DNA of 64,000 bases from Craspedostauros australis. Lineage: Eukaryota. Below, in pieces: positions 1 to 12,554 of this stretch; within the stretch, counting starts at the first letter, position 1; each line of letters opens with the position of its first letter. The stretch is from positions 62,001 through 126,000 of the forward strand of contig JALAGF010004837.1 in assembly GCA_030167865.1 (NCBI GenBank), given 5' to 3'. The position numbers were made by a program, and so were the translations under genes. The notes beneath the pieces were generated by a model, which was given only the letters and a program-made list of their open reading frames with translations, searched no databases and was not told where the DNA came from.

Positions 1-2
1 GG

Positions 3-1274
3 TTCGCCAATGGGAAGCACAGGAGGGTATCGACAACGTCATCAAGAAAACGGAAAGAACGCAGTCGCAAGTCGTTGTCATCGCAAGGAGCGACAAACAC
101 AGCGACGCGGCGGCTTCGTCGTGGTTTCCTCTCAATCCCTGCGGACGAGCTCTTGAACGTTTGGAACGCATCCATAGAGGAAGGTTCTACCGAGGCAAGT
201 GATGGCACTGCTGCTGCTACTGCTGCCACGGCTGCTGATACTTGCGGTGGTCGCAGCGACGATGAAATGCGTGCTTTCAACAACGGCAATCCATCGGATG
301 AAGGAGATTCAATGAGAACGGTCGACAATGCCATTCGACAGCTCCGCGGATGCTTCACGGAGGTGGCAGTCGAAAAGGCGTCCTTGAATGTGGCGATCGC
401 GATGCTGGATGTCGCGCGGCGCTCTGACTGCTACAATCCGTTCCTTTGCCTCCAGCATGCCGCGATGTTCGCGAGCCAGGCAGCAAAATCCGGAACCAAC
501 GACGAACGTTTCCGCCGACCGACCCCTGATGCGAACGACTGCACTCCTGCTGACGCCTTGCTCGTGCTTGGACGCGCAGACTGCCTCCAATGCATCCATT
601 TCGTCAACGAAGCGACGTTCTTGTGCAAGTATGTCGCGCGGGTGTGCATGCTTCACAGAGATCGTTCGCGGCCCAAGTGGGAGTGGAACAGCAGGTGGAA
701 GATAGTGAGCATCTTGGCATACAACACTGCATTCATGATTCTGTCATCTGTCCGTGGGTTGCTGGACAGGGTGGCGCTGAAGAACTTCCATGATATGTGG
801 ACGCCGGACGTTATCGATGAACTTGAGCGTGCCTACTGTGAAGGCAGCGTTTGGTTCAGCCGTTTCAAGATGACGCGAACCAACGGCAACGCCAACAATC
901 CTGCTACAGAAATTGGCGAAGCAGGAGATGATTTCAATGAAGGCAGTGACGACAAGGAGGTGCATGGAGCCGACCATCACAGCCATGACAGCAACGAGCA
1001 CCACGACAGCAACAGCAGCAATCACAATCGCAGCGATGATGAGTCTCTTGGCGATGTTAACGCCCACACATTGGGTAGCAGTGTTGTGGCCAATTCCGGA
1101 CACCAGGAGCAAATACCAGACTGCGGCAACGACGAGAATCAACAAATGATGGTATTGGACATCCCGCACTTTCCATCGATGAGCTCCCCGTCGTCCCAGA
1201 AGAGCCCACACGAAATGGATGTGGGAGCCGATGACCGCAGCGAGGATCACGCCATGCAGGTTGAAGCTGTGTGA
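3..1274 (+). CDS. 3' part of an unknown protein (5'-truncated by the window), helical Cys-containing region followed by an acidic/His-rich disordered tail
   Basis: The frame is open from position 3 (FANGKHRR...) through the 399-aa ORF to TGA at 1272-1274. Composition is coding-like, but I recognise no family motif. Confidence 0.7.
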   Translation, partial: FANGKHRRVSTTSSRKRKERSRKSLSSQGATNTATRRLRRGFLSIPADELLNVWNASIEEGSTEASDGTAAATAATAADTCGGRSDDEMRAFNNGNPSDEGDSMRTVDNAIRQLRGCFTEVAVEKASLNVAIAMLDVARRSDCYNPFLCLQHAAMFASQAAKSGTNDERFRRPTPDANDCTPADALLVLGRADCLQCIHFVNEATFLCKYVARVCMLHRDRSRPKWEWNSRWKIVSILAYNTAFMILSSVRGLLDRVALKNFHDMWTPDVIDELERAYCEGSVWFSRFKMTRTNGNANNPATEIGEAGDDFNEGSDDKEVHGADHHSHDSNEHHDSNSSNHNRSDDESLGDVNAHTLGSSVVANSGHQEQIPDCGNDENQQMMVLDIPHFPSMSSPSSQKSPHEMDVGADDRSEDHAMQVEAV

Positions 1275-1563
1275 AGAGGTGGTTCCCTGTTGGTTTGGTT
1301 CGAGTAGATTACTGCCACCAGTATATGTCGCCGTGTGTTAACTATGATACATATAGTGACGGTCCACGCAGTACGAATAGCTACACCGCAGTCGCACTAC
1401 GCTACTTATATCTCCTCGTAGAATGTGACTTGATGGTATGGTAAGCACGTGTTGACACCTACTCACATTTCGGCTGTCGGCACTGGTTGTGGCCAATGCT
1501 CCGACAGGAAAGGGAGAGGACCGCTGGGTTTTAGACCACCTTTCGACAGCGGCTGCTCGGCGA

Positions 1564-2595
1564 CTAGGGGCTGGATCCCTTTCCAACATCTTGCGCAACA
1601 GTGTAGAAGCACTTGCGCCCGTTTGGGCTTGTCCACATCGATGCCTTCGTGGCTGGGTTGTAGTGTCGCGTGAAGCCATCTTCGGACACAGTCTCGGTGG
1701 CCGCGACTGCTTCCTTCTGCATGTCTGCTGAGCCAGATTCGAGCTGCTCCAACAGCATCTCGCTGTTGCGCTCGAGGCTGGAGATGACATCATCATACTT
1801 GTGCTGGTTTGTCACCACGGATTCAGCGCTCAAGTCGATGACAGCGGCGTCGAGATCGGCAACTGCGTCAGCCATGGTGGCAGCTTGCACGCCAGCGCCT
1901 GCGCTTGCATCAGAGCCCTCGGAGGATGACAGGAAGCCCTCGTTTCGGAGCTGCTTGACCCAATTCTCGACCCTGGACTCGGTCATCTCCTCCTGGTTGG
2001 CCATGTCACAGATGAGGCCGCAGAACTTGTCGCCGCGGATGGACTTGGAGTCGGTATGCTCGTAGCCATCCTGGCTTGTGTAGCCCATCATCTGGCACCC
2101 AAGCCCTTCGAAGACATCGTGGAGCTCACCAGCAGCGTCGGCGAAGTTCTCCCCGTACGATTCCTGGTCGCCTAGTCCGAACACGGCCACCTTCTTGCCT
2201 TGGATGCGAAGGTCTTGCATGGACGCGTAGTACAGCTCATCCCACTTGGTGCCACTGCGTTCGGTGTCGGATGCCGTGTTCCAGGTTGGCGTGCCAACGA
2301 TGAGGGCGTCGTGTCGTCCGAAGAGGTCAGACACCGAGCCCTCCAGAATCTCCATGTCGAACGGCTCGTCGGCGTCATCGCCGAACTCTTCCTTGATGAG
2401 GCTGGCGACGATTTCGGTCGATCCAGTTGAGGTTCCGAAGAAGATTCCGACCTTTGCTGCATCGAGCAAGGAGCTTCCTGTGCGGATCTGGCATCCCTTG
2501 GCTCTGCCGTCCACACCGAAGCTGGGGATGCTGAAGCCGTACGACAGCGATGGTGCCGTCAACACAGCGAGGATGGCGAGTTGATTGTTCTTCAT
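1564..2595 (-). CDS. Plastid-targeted long-chain flavodoxin with a C-terminal extension
   Basis: FMN phosphate loop IFFGTSTGSTE, VGTPTWN, KKVAVFGLGDQESYGENFADA, and the long-chain insert GYEHTDSKSIRGDKFCGL. Signal peptide MKNNQLAILAVLTAPSLSYG-F. ATG at 2595, no intron. Confidence 0.95.
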   Translation of the reverse strand: MKNNQLAILAVLTAPSLSYGFSIPSFGVDGRAKGCQIRTGSSLLDAAKVGIFFGTSTGSTEIVASLIKEEFGDDADEPFDMEILEGSVSDLFGRHDALIVGTPTWNTASDTERSGTKWDELYYASMQDLRIQGKKVAVFGLGDQESYGENFADAAGELHDVFEGLGCQMMGYTSQDGYEHTDSKSIRGDKFCGLICDMANQEEMTESRVENWVKQLRNEGFLSSSEGSDASAGAGVQAATMADAVADLDAAVIDLSAESVVTNQHKYDDVISSLERNSEMLLEQLESGSADMQKEAVAATETVSEDGFTRHYNPATKASMWTSPNGRKCFYTVAQDVGKGSSP

Positions 2596-3627
2596 GGCTA
2601 TTATATGTTGCTGTGATGATGTTCCCTCTTCCTCTTTCTGTTCGTGATCCTTTTTTATTTTGGTTTTGTGGGTGAATGCATCTGTGTGTGGTTGTGTGGC
2701 TGTGCGTGCATGTGTGCATTCGTGGTGTACGGCCACACAAAGGTTGGATGCGGTTTGTCAGGTTCCTCTGTTGTCTGCATGCTTCATCTCTCCTTTGAGC
2801 TGCGCAGTCCCTCTGTGTGTGCAATTGATGGGCGCAACGGATCGGAAAAGAAGCAGGCATTGATCTTCTTCCAAAAGAGGGGAACAGAAGCAGATGGCGT
2901 GCGCAGACGGCACCAGACGTCCCCAGCTGCTCCTGTTCGCCCTTCTCTGTGGTTCTCGTTTTGGGTGGAAGAACATGGACGAAAAGGTATCTTCGGGTTT
3001 GTGAAGCGTCTGGATGTCGTCAGTGCTACAACTTCGTGATGGTACATGTGTGTTCAGCCAACCGCCGATGCTGGCAGAGCATCAGGGGTAGTAGTACGAG
3101 TCACCATACTATACTCTGCGCATGCAAACTAGAGCAGGTACTTCGTGTGGTATGCAACTACAGGTGCATGGATAGAGCGCGTCATCCTGACTGCTCGTTT
3201 CTATCTGCAGCTATCTAGCTATCTCATTCTGGCCCGATGGAGAAAGAAACGACCCGCTGGAGAGGTGGCATAGCCAGATTATAGTAGTCATCTGGTTTCT
3301 GAAAACAGCACATCGAGCAACGACAGAGTGCAACCCACACCACTCCATAAGCGCACTCGACGAGCATTCAACTCTGACAGGCCAAAGAAGAATTGTCGAA
3401 CTTGCGTAGAGTGGAGTAGAGCAGAGCAGACAAGAGTGGTCTCATCTTCATCTCTCTCTCTCTCTCTACATACATACATCCATACATACGAGTAGAACGA
3501 GATCAATCGAAAGACCACTCGAACTGTTCTATTATGACGTTGGCGCTGGTGTTGCTGCAGTCGTTTTCCAATCTTGCGCGCGTTTGCTGGAGAAGGTGTT
3601 GACGGCGACGGCGGCGGTAGCACAACA

Positions 3628-5112
3628 TCATGTACGTTGCTCCGTCCATCCACCACCATGAAAGAGTTCCAAGCATTCCGAATGCATGCCCTCGTCGAAG
3701 CAAGCAATCACGCCTTCGTTATTCTCCGCGTCCGTGCGCAGTTTGGAGTAGTCCATGTCATTCCCAAGGCTATCCGTCAACTTGCCTCCCGAAGCCCGCA
3801 GCAGCGCGTCCGACGCAGCTACGTCCCATAATGATGTCCCCGGCCTTGGAAAGAACCAAAGGCCTTCCTGTTCGGACCTCAGGATGATGCGTAACGACTT
3901 CTCACCTGCCCCGCCCACCAGCAGCGGTTCGGGGTTGATGACGCCTTTCTCACCGAGATAGGAACAAAAGGCTTGGACGACCCCGGCCGACCTGGAACTC
4001 GATATGACAGCACGCGGGAGGATCTTGGGAGCATCGACGGCTGATGCGTCGGGCACTGTCTGCTTTGTGCTTCCGGCCGTGTAAACTCCCTTGAGCAGCG
4101 TTCCACCGTAGAAACACACGCAGCCAGTGTCCAGAATTGGCTTTGTCCCCCTGTACCCGAATGGTTTGCATATTATGCCAAAGCATGGGCGTTGATCCAG
4201 AATGACCGCAATAAGGATGGACACGATGTCGTAGTCCCCACGTGCGTACGCTTTGGTGCCGTCCAGAGGGTCGATGAAGACACAAACTCGATTTACATCA
4301 ACATTGACGTCTATGTCGATGTTCGCTCCGGCTGCTGCATCGACGCTTGATTCACCTTCGGGAAGTTGTGATGGATTTACATCGCTCTGCTCATCGTGTA
4401 GTGGAGTTGGCGGTGCCGCCGCTGTTGTAGTTGCCGTTACGATGTGAGCCCCATCCCCATTTTGTTCGTGATGCATGGCAACGGGACTGGCACTGTCGCT
4501 TGCTTGAGCATCGTTGTCGCCGCAATCGTCCCCGATCTGCACACTATTTGCTGGACGATTCTCACTGTCAATGTCGGCTTTTTCGCCTGCTTTCGTAGGT
4601 TCAATCTCAGCATTTAGATTTCGCTGGGACAACGGAAGCTTCGACGTTGACGATCGATTGTAGCGGATAGTGATTTCATCAAGCGCGAGCTGATACGTGT
4701 GTTCGTCGAAGTCGTCCTCTTTGGAGATGAGATCTTGCGCTTCGCGCATATCTTCGTCACTTTCTTCTCCCACGATCCGGACCTCCGTCGATATGCGGCG
4801 GATGGCCTGTACGATGATCCCCTGCGAGGCGATGTCGGCATCCGTCACAAACGATCCATCATCCTTGAGGCGGGTGTTCTTCCTGTCAGTTGCGGTTTGC
4901 GGTTGGGAGTCGTTGCTCGCAGAAACGTCATTATTGTTGCTATTGCTATTGCTATTGCTGTTGCCGTCGCTGGTCCTATTCGAATCATCATCAGTCTCTT
5001 CAGTCGGCTCAATCTCGCTCAAGTTCTTAATCTTGCGCGCTGCGACGATGGTCGATGCCAAAGTCGAGGCGGCAAGATGCAGCAGATTGACCTGCTTGTT
5101 TGATGATGGCAT
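3628..5112 (-). CDS. Inositol monophosphatase superfamily, 3'(2'),5'-bisphosphate nucleotidase (BPNT1/CysQ-like)
   Basis: Motifs K-DDGSFVTDAD, IVGEE, VFIDPLDGT and WDVAA. The likely ATG is at 5112 (MPSSNKQ), but the frame stays open to 5637, so the start is uncertain. Confidence 0.88.
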   Translation of the reverse strand: MPSSNKQVNLLHLAASTLASTIVAARKIKNLSEIEPTEETDDDSNRTSDGNSNSNSNSNNNDVSASNDSQPQTATDRKNTRLKDDGSFVTDADIASQGIIVQAIRRISTEVRIVGEESDEDMREAQDLISKEDDFDEHTYQLALDEITIRYNRSSTSKLPLSQRNLNAEIEPTKAGEKADIDSENRPANSVQIGDDCGDNDAQASDSASPVAMHHEQNGDGAHIVTATTTAAAPPTPLHDEQSDVNPSQLPEGESSVDAAAGANIDIDVNVDVNRVCVFIDPLDGTKAYARGDYDIVSILIAVILDQRPCFGIICKPFGYRGTKPILDTGCVCFYGGTLLKGVYTAGSTKQTVPDASAVDAPKILPRAVISSSRSAGVVQAFCSYLGEKGVINPEPLLVGGAGEKSLRIILRSEQEGLWFFPRPGTSLWDVAASDALLRASGGKLTDSLGNDMDYSKLRTDAENNEGVIACFDEGMHSECLELFHGGGWTEQRT

Positions 5113-7364
5113 TGTCGAGATCGCTGCTGCTGTGGCACGAGTGCCTGGTCTTAAGATTGCTGTTGCAAGAGTTACTGTTTCTTGATTTTGGTTGTCTTGG
5201 TTGCCGTCGCCGCTTGGACCCTTACTCTTGAATACGTTCGTTGTTGCGCTACTGTTGCTGTTCTTGTTTTCGTTGTCAATCTCGTGCCCGTGCTTGCCAA
5301 ACACCGACCAGTGGGGAGCAGTTGGTTTCAGATCACGCAAGGAGGTGAAATTGGTGACCTCTGGTGCAATCTCGCCGTCGCAAAGAGCGGATTCCTTCCG
5401 AATCACGAAAGATTGAGGTGACCAGACCGGGAGGGAGACCCTGGCAAGCAGCGTGTTGCGAATACTCGTAGAGTGATGGATGGAGTGATGGATAGAGAGA
5501 CAGGCAGAGAGGGGAGAGAGAACCAAGAAACGATGCACTCCGTGCGTGTCCGTGTCAATGGTTGCCTTAACCTTCGTCTTCCAGAGGCCTTGCACACCGT
5601 CCGTCTCCTCCTCGTACGCTGTTGTGGCGATCACCACTCGGAGGTAAGCTCTCTCGTTGGATGGTGTGTTGTGGTGTAGTGTGGTGTAGTGTTGTGTGGT
5701 GTAGCGTCCTTGCGCTCCTGGTGATCTCGTCGTTGCTGGATCGATTGGCCGGTGCTCGTATAGTAAGTTGACTGCACTTTGTTGCCTCTCTCTTTCTCTT
5801 TCTTGCTGCTACCTCACTTGGTAGGGCGATCAATGAAGCTGCTCGTATTGGTACGCGTAGTCGTACTCGTATTCCAGGGTGAGATGTGTATCGAAGTCTA
5901 CAAGGAGTGGCTGTCTTGATGGTTGCGTCTATCGATGGAGGAACGCGTCGGCCGACCCACGAGTAGAGAAAAAAGGCGAGGGACAAAGACCATCAACGTT
6001 CCCCCTGTCATTCATGTGTTGACCACGGAAGTAATGCAGGCTCTCGCGACCATGTTGTTTGTGGACACTTCTCTCCCTCTCTGCCCACAACTCGTACTAC
6101 TACTCACGGGCACAACGACTCGCTCCGACTCACACAGGCTAATTGCACACAACACATGCATTTCGGAACCACAACAACACAAACACTGGTTTTGCACCAA
6201 GGTGTCCACACCAACACACTTTTGCCGTGCTTTCTCGCGAAGCAGTCGTTGTGTGCTGTCAGTCCTCCGTTCGAACCATCGGAAACGGGAGACTTCGAAT
6301 CGTTGGATCAAAAATAAAACCGTATCCACGACTCGCGTATCCATGTGCAACCACCAAACAAGACCAAACATCGGAGGCTTATCGGCACTGTGTTTGGCAC
6401 GACGATTTGATACGAGTGTGTGCCGCAGATCGTACCTCCTCCATGCGAATGGACCACCTTTGCCATGATTCGTGATGGAGCCTCGGTGGCTACCCGAACA
6501 GGGTCCAGCAGGAGTGCCAAGGCATGGCAGGATACTCCGACAAATACCGGAGAGCTCTGGATGTTCCGTATCGCTGGGTGGGTGCGCCATCCACCGCAAA
6601 CATGGAACGACCTGAGGGAGGAATCAAATAGGAACCAGAATCCACTACCTTCTGCATGATGATCGGCCACGTGCCATCCATCATGGATTGGGAATGGGTG
6701 TCGCTCTTGCCAAGCGCGCGCCAATGTGCACGGCATCTCACCCAGAGCATGAGATAGACATACCGCATCAGGCCTGTTGAGGAAGTGGAACATAGTACTA
6801 GTAGTATACTCGCATCTGCATACTATACTTAGTATGATGGCATGATGGTGGAATGAATTGGACGTCTCAGCAACAAGGTAACCGCAGCGCGTGGTGTGGA
6901 ATTACGGGCTCCATGGAGTACTCTGCTCTGCTACTCTACACATACACGGACACGTGCATCATCTTTTGCTCGTCGTCATAGTATGCTCTGAGGCTAGGGA
7001 GAGTGAGCGAGACCTCTTGCGATGCATACAATCGGTTGAATCGGTTTTTGGCGATTGTGCCATTTGACAAGACCAACGAGTGGAAAACAAGAAGCAATGA
7101 CCAAAAATGGAAGACGACATGCATGAACAACTACCTCCACCACACCCACCAACAACCAAACCTCGAGACAGTCAACATCCTTCGCCGTCACACATCCACA
7201 ACCACAAGCATTCTATCACTCTCATCGTCGTCACAAATACAAGTGGACACCTGCTGCAGCTTGCACGAGAAGTCGAGGCATCCACTTCGTCTTTTGCGAC
7301 AACCGAAACCGCCACAACAAGGCAGGAACGCGTCTCCACAGATAATCAATCATCTCTGACAACC

Positions 7365-9228
7365 ATGTCGTTGAATGCTGCCGAACAGAAGATCAGAAAG
7401 CTCGCGAGGCTTCCAGCCAACTGCGCATGTCCCAACTGCGGAACGTACAAGAAGTTTGGCTTTTCGACCATTTGCATCGTAAGTATGATATGACAGGCAT
7501 ACGTGCGTGCGGAACGTTCATTCCGTCACCCATCGATCTATCTGGAGAGTGCCTATCTATTCATCCGCGAGGCAAGCTGATGTCCATTGTCTCATCCTCT
7601 CCCTTCACTTCTCCTTTCCGCCTCCTCTCGTTCTTCTTGAATCGCAACTATTCTATGAAACTTGATCAAATTGCGTGGCGTGACAACCGATACTCCTGCC
7701 ACATGATGGAACACGATGGAATGCATGACTCTACGATGGAATGCGTGGCGTTGGGATGCGACGCTATACGTTACAACGCGGTGCGATGCTCGACTTTCAT
7801 GTGAAATGAACGCATCTGCTAATATTACATATTCTGTTCTATCCAACACGTGCGCAGAAATACCACACATTCGTGTGCAACTACTGCAAGTCATCCCACC
7901 AGGCCATCAGTCACCGATGCAAGTCCCTCACCATGTCCAGCTGGAGCGACGCGGAGGCGGATGAGCTGATGAGGAAGGGCAACGAGTACGCCAGGCGAAC
8001 TTGGTTGAAGAACGCGCCTCCTGTCGGATCCGGTGGACGTCCTCGCGAAGGTGATGACATCAATCTCTTCAAACGATTCATCGAGACTACTTACGAAAGG
8101 AAGTCTTATTACGGTGAAGATGAGGGAGCGGGTGCAGCATCGCCAGCACCAGCAAGGCAGCCACGACAGATGCAACAGCAGGTGAGATCTGCGCCGGCAC
8201 CAGCTGCAGCGTTTGGTGCTCAGCAAAGAACCATGCGCGCACCTCCGTCAGCGCCTGCCGCGCGTGCACCCGCGCCCGCAACCTGGAGTGCTCCAGTCCC
8301 GGCCCCAGCACCACCTGTGCCAGTTGCAGATCTGCTGGATTTCTCTGCTCCTGCACCAGCCTCTGCTCCACCTATCGCAGCTGCGGATGATCCATTTTCG
8401 GGCTTTGCTGCCAGAGCGGCACCTGCATCTGCGGCCAACCCTTCGTCTGGATTTGCCTTCATGGGTGGTGGTATGCCAGCTGCAACCGCACCGATGCCTG
8501 CACCAGCGCCTATGCCAGTCGCAGCTCCCGCACCGGTACCAATACCAACACCCGTGCCAATGGCGAACTCGGATCCTTTTGCGGACTTTAGCGGTATGGC
8601 TGCGACTGGGCCAGCACCGGCACCGACTCTGGCAGCCAGCGCAGCAATGCATAGCAACGCTGACACCATGGCTGCAAAGAAGTCGGTCATGAGGAACATG
8701 GGCATGAATACCCACTCCAGTGCCATCTCGATGATGAACAATCTGGGCGCTGCGAACAAACAGAACGCCCAACAGATCAACATTGATCCATTTGGCATGC
8801 AGAACAACAACGGGGCAGCAATGCAAAACCCGATGCAAATGCAACAGGCGCAACAGCAACAGATGATGCAATCCATGATGCAGAACATGATGCAAAATCC
8901 AATGATGATGCAGCAACAACAGCAGCAGCAGCAGCAGAGAAACATGATGATGATGATGCAGCAAGGTAGTGGCGGTGGCGGTGGTACCGGACAACCAATG
9001 AACTTCCCAATGAATGGATCTGGTATGGGCAGTTTCATGCAACCACCGCCACAGCCACAGCAGCAGAAGAACCAGTCTCACGATTTTGGCATGGGCAACG
9101 CTGCTTCCATGATGGCCATGATGAATGGATTCCAAACGCAGCAGCAGCCCATGGGTGGGAGCGCCGCCGGCAGCAATGGATTTGGTTCGCTCGCCATGAA
9201 TCCAATGAATGGAAACAAGAGGAACTAG
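7365..9228 (+). CDS. ArfGAP zinc-finger protein (AGFG/SMAP-like) with a Pro/Ala- and Gln/Met-rich tail
   Basis: Exons 7365-7478 and 7858-9228 (GTAAGT...GCAG intron) join to give N-CACPNC...FVCNYC...RCKSLTMSSWS...GN. The tail contains DLLDF and DPF clathrin/adaptor-type motifs. Confidence 0.88.
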
Positions 9229-9899
9229 GAGTACGAACATAGATCGTGCCTGTGAGGCGAAGAGCAACATCAACAGTGGCAATAGTAACAACAGCAGAGT
9301 AATCGGAAGCATACCAACCGCACTCCCACTCGTCTATTTTGCAAGTCCTTGTGCGACACGGAGTATTCAATCACGATGGCATTACTCTCTCCTCGGACTT
9401 ACTGCAAGAGTGCGAGTGCTCCACTCTACATGGTCTACAGTCGTTTCATGTCCAAACTCTTTCTGCCGATTGATCTTGTGGATCTACTCGTGGTCGTACG
9501 CGTACCTGTGCAACTTGATTGACGTTGGAGGATTCGATTCCGACTGCTACGAGCTACACCACACTCCAATTCTCGTATGGTGGTAGAATTTGCAGAGACC
9601 ATGACAGATCACTTTATCTTTCATTTGCTGTTATGTAATAGGGCTTTCGCCTTAGGGAATGCACTACGACGGGCATAATGTTGTGCGGTTGCTGGCATCC
9701 AACGTTACGACTCATTGTTGTCATTGCTGCTGTTGTCCCTGATCACGGCTTGCCTGCACCCACCCGCTCGCGCATCCCGTTCACCGGTATCAACATCGAC
9801 ATGAATACATTGTGGAGACTTGCATAACCCCCGCCAGTCATGTTCCAAGCGTCATGCCATCATTCGTTTCTTTGTTTCTTCATTTGTTCCTTCGTCCGT

Positions 9900-12487
9900 T
9901 TAAACTCTGAATGACACGTGCGCATCTTGGCCACCGCTGTTGCCGCCCATGAACGATCGCCGGATGCTGGATCGTCGTCCGCCGCGACCACCCATGCCAC
10001 CGCCCATGTTGCTGCTTGGGGCCCCGGCAGTTCCGTCGGCTCCATTGCCTGCTGGACCGCCAGTGACGGTAACACCGACCGTATCCGGAAGGCCTCCATT
10101 ATTGTGGTTATCGGCTGCGAATCGATCGCTCGCTGGGTTGTCGTTGTTGATGTGCGAGCTGTGATCGAGGTTGACGTCGAAGTCTTCCATGTTCTCCCAG
10201 TCGATGGACAATGCGGAAAGTCCGGACATTGCCCGACCGAAGGAGGCTGCTTCTGATACGAAGGACATGTTGCGCAGGCCATTGCCGCCAAATGATATTA
10301 TGGACGCGCGCTGAGCCATGCTTGCGCGCATTGGCATCTGTCCCATACTGGATCCGTTCTGGTGGCCGTTGCCATGATTCATGCCATGGTTGTTTGGCAT
10401 GCCTCCGCCGACTGAAGATGGAACCTGCGCGTTTCCGTTTCCGTTGCTGTTGTTGCCATGCCCCATGTTCCCGTTGCCGTAAAAGTCCATGTTGTCCTGA
10501 CGCATGCCTTGGGGAGGATGCATGCCATTGTTCCCGCCGTTGCCTCCCTGCCCCATGAAAGAGCCATTGAGCACCTGCTGGTGCTGCTGATCTTGCGGGT
10601 TCATTTGCTGATTCGCCATCTGCGCCTGCATTTGCTGTGCGCCCATGCTGTTGTTGCCGGTAGACATGCCCTGATTGCCGTTCCCATTCATGTTGTTCAT
10701 GGCATTGCTGCCGCTGCTGCCGACATCCGGGAGCTTGCCGCTGTGGATGAACTGCGAAATAATCTGACCCCGATTGTTGAATGCCTCGAATATGACACTG
10801 CCCATTTGTGAATGCCTGGTGCGCATGGATGTACATGCGTGCGCGTCGTGTGTGGCATTTCCGGAAGAAAGAAACGGAGACAGAGAGAGAGAGAGAACAT
10901 GAGTGATCTTGCATTGAGTATATTAGCACAATTGGACAACATCGAATGAAAGCAAGAAAGATGGAGTGCATCCCAATGTTAAACTCACCGTTGGCAATCT
11001 TCTCTGAGCACACCATTGTCAGGGCACGTGCAAGGAAGCGACCAATTGAAGATGGATCTCGGATCGTGTCTCCCTGCCATCTCCATTGCGTTGTGGAGAA
11101 CGCTGGTCTCTATGGTGGACTTCTTGCCGTTGGTGTCTTGTGTCGTCACGTTGACATCCTTCGCCTTTGCTGTGTATCCAACCATGGCGAGGTTGCGCGC
11201 AGATTCGAATGCAATTCTTTTGGCGCTGCTGGTGCGGTCGATCTTGATGAGGACGCTGTTCAAGTCGCGGTCAGCGGCGGCATCCAGCAATCCATCGATG
11301 GGTGATTTGTTCCCGTTGCAACCCTTGAGGACCGTCTCGACAATTTTGACGCAATGCGCGCACGTGATGCCATCCACCATCATGGAAAGCAGGATGTCGC
11401 CGTTGTTGGCGATGTACACGATGGGGAATGTGTTGGGATCTCCGTACTGGGCGGCCGAAGCTCCTGTGATGGATGACGATGTGACGGCGTTGGGGTTGGC
11501 TCCTGACGAGCCGCCTCCGGTTCCGCGATGAGCCAGCTGAAGGGCGTGATGGTTGACAGCGTTGGAAATGGCAGGCAGGTCCACCTTGCCTGGCACACAT
11601 TTCTGCTTGATGTGGATGAGCGGCATGTTGGGATCGGGCATGCCGTTGTTGACGTTGATGTTTCCGTTCATGTTGTTGGTGTTGCCGTTGTTGCCGTTGT
11701 TTGGGCCGTTGCCCATGGCGGAGTGGACGCCCCCGCTCTCGGCGAGTTGACGACGTTGCGCCGCATGCAGGCGTTCGAGCGGAGACAGGTTGGAATCTGT
11801 GAGGTCTGCGTTCAATGCCGAAGTGGTGGGTCCGGAACCGCCTATGGCGCCGTTGAGACCGACACCACCCGCCAATCCAGCATTCATGGCCATCTCGTGC
11901 ATCTTGCCGGCTTCGTCGTCTCTGGAACGCTTCTTGTTGCGCTTGTTCCTCGCCTTCTCCAGCTCCTTCATTTTGGTGTGCAACGTGCGAGGTGGCTGCT
12001 CCTTGTCGTTCATGATGAGACAGTGTGCTAGAGTGAAAAAGTGACGGGTGTATCCCTCCACAACTCCCTTCATCTTTTCGGTCCCCAGAGCTGCGATGGC
12101 GGATCCGCTCTCGCCCTTGCGACGATGCTGCCACCAGGTGCGCAGCGTGGTGAGTCCCAGCTGGATGGCGTCGTTGTCTGCGTCCGGTCCCAACCAAGGG
12201 CTGAGGATGGCCTGCACGTAGGGATGGGCCAGGCCAGATCGTGGCAGGGGTTCGTACGGGTACTGCCTCCGGTTGGTGCCGTCGGGGTTCTGGCTGGCTG
12301 CGCTGTTGCCCCTCCTCTGCGACCGCAGACGCTGGTCATCCTCGATGGGGTTGTTGAGAGGGTCGAGATCGGAGACTGGTCTGCTTTCCAACGCGTTTGG
12401 TTCGAGGCCACCGAGGTGAGACCATGCGCGGAAGGCGCCCTCGAAGATCGACGTCCGGTGCTCGAACTCTCCTCTTCTTCGTGACAT
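9900..12487 (-). CDS. HMA (heavy-metal-associated) domain protein with Q/N/M/G-rich low-complexity regions
   Basis: Exons 12487-10989 and 10815-9900 (GTGAGT...CAG intron) join as DCQR-HSQM. HMA motif MMVDGITCAHCVKIVETVL...VGYTA; basic stretch KARNKRNKKRSR. Confidence 0.82.
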
Positions 12488-12554
12488 TTTGTTGTCGTTG
12501 TCGTTGCTGCTGCTGCTGCTGTTGCGCCTGCAATCGTTGGTTGTCTACCGCTTC

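Noticed and set aside
1445-1452. ACACGTGC low-iron-type motif (minus strand) near flavodoxin
   Set aside because: It lies downstream of the stop codon, not in the promoter, and I saw no copy upstream.
5923-6800. Overlapping 110-195 aa ORFs between the BPNT and ArfGAP genes
   Set aside because: No codon bias, motifs or splice structure; probably divergent promoter DNA.
8213-9312. Poly-Cys/Leu/His ORFs in other frames of the ArfGAP gene
   Set aside because: They are alternative-frame readings of CAG/ATG repeats.
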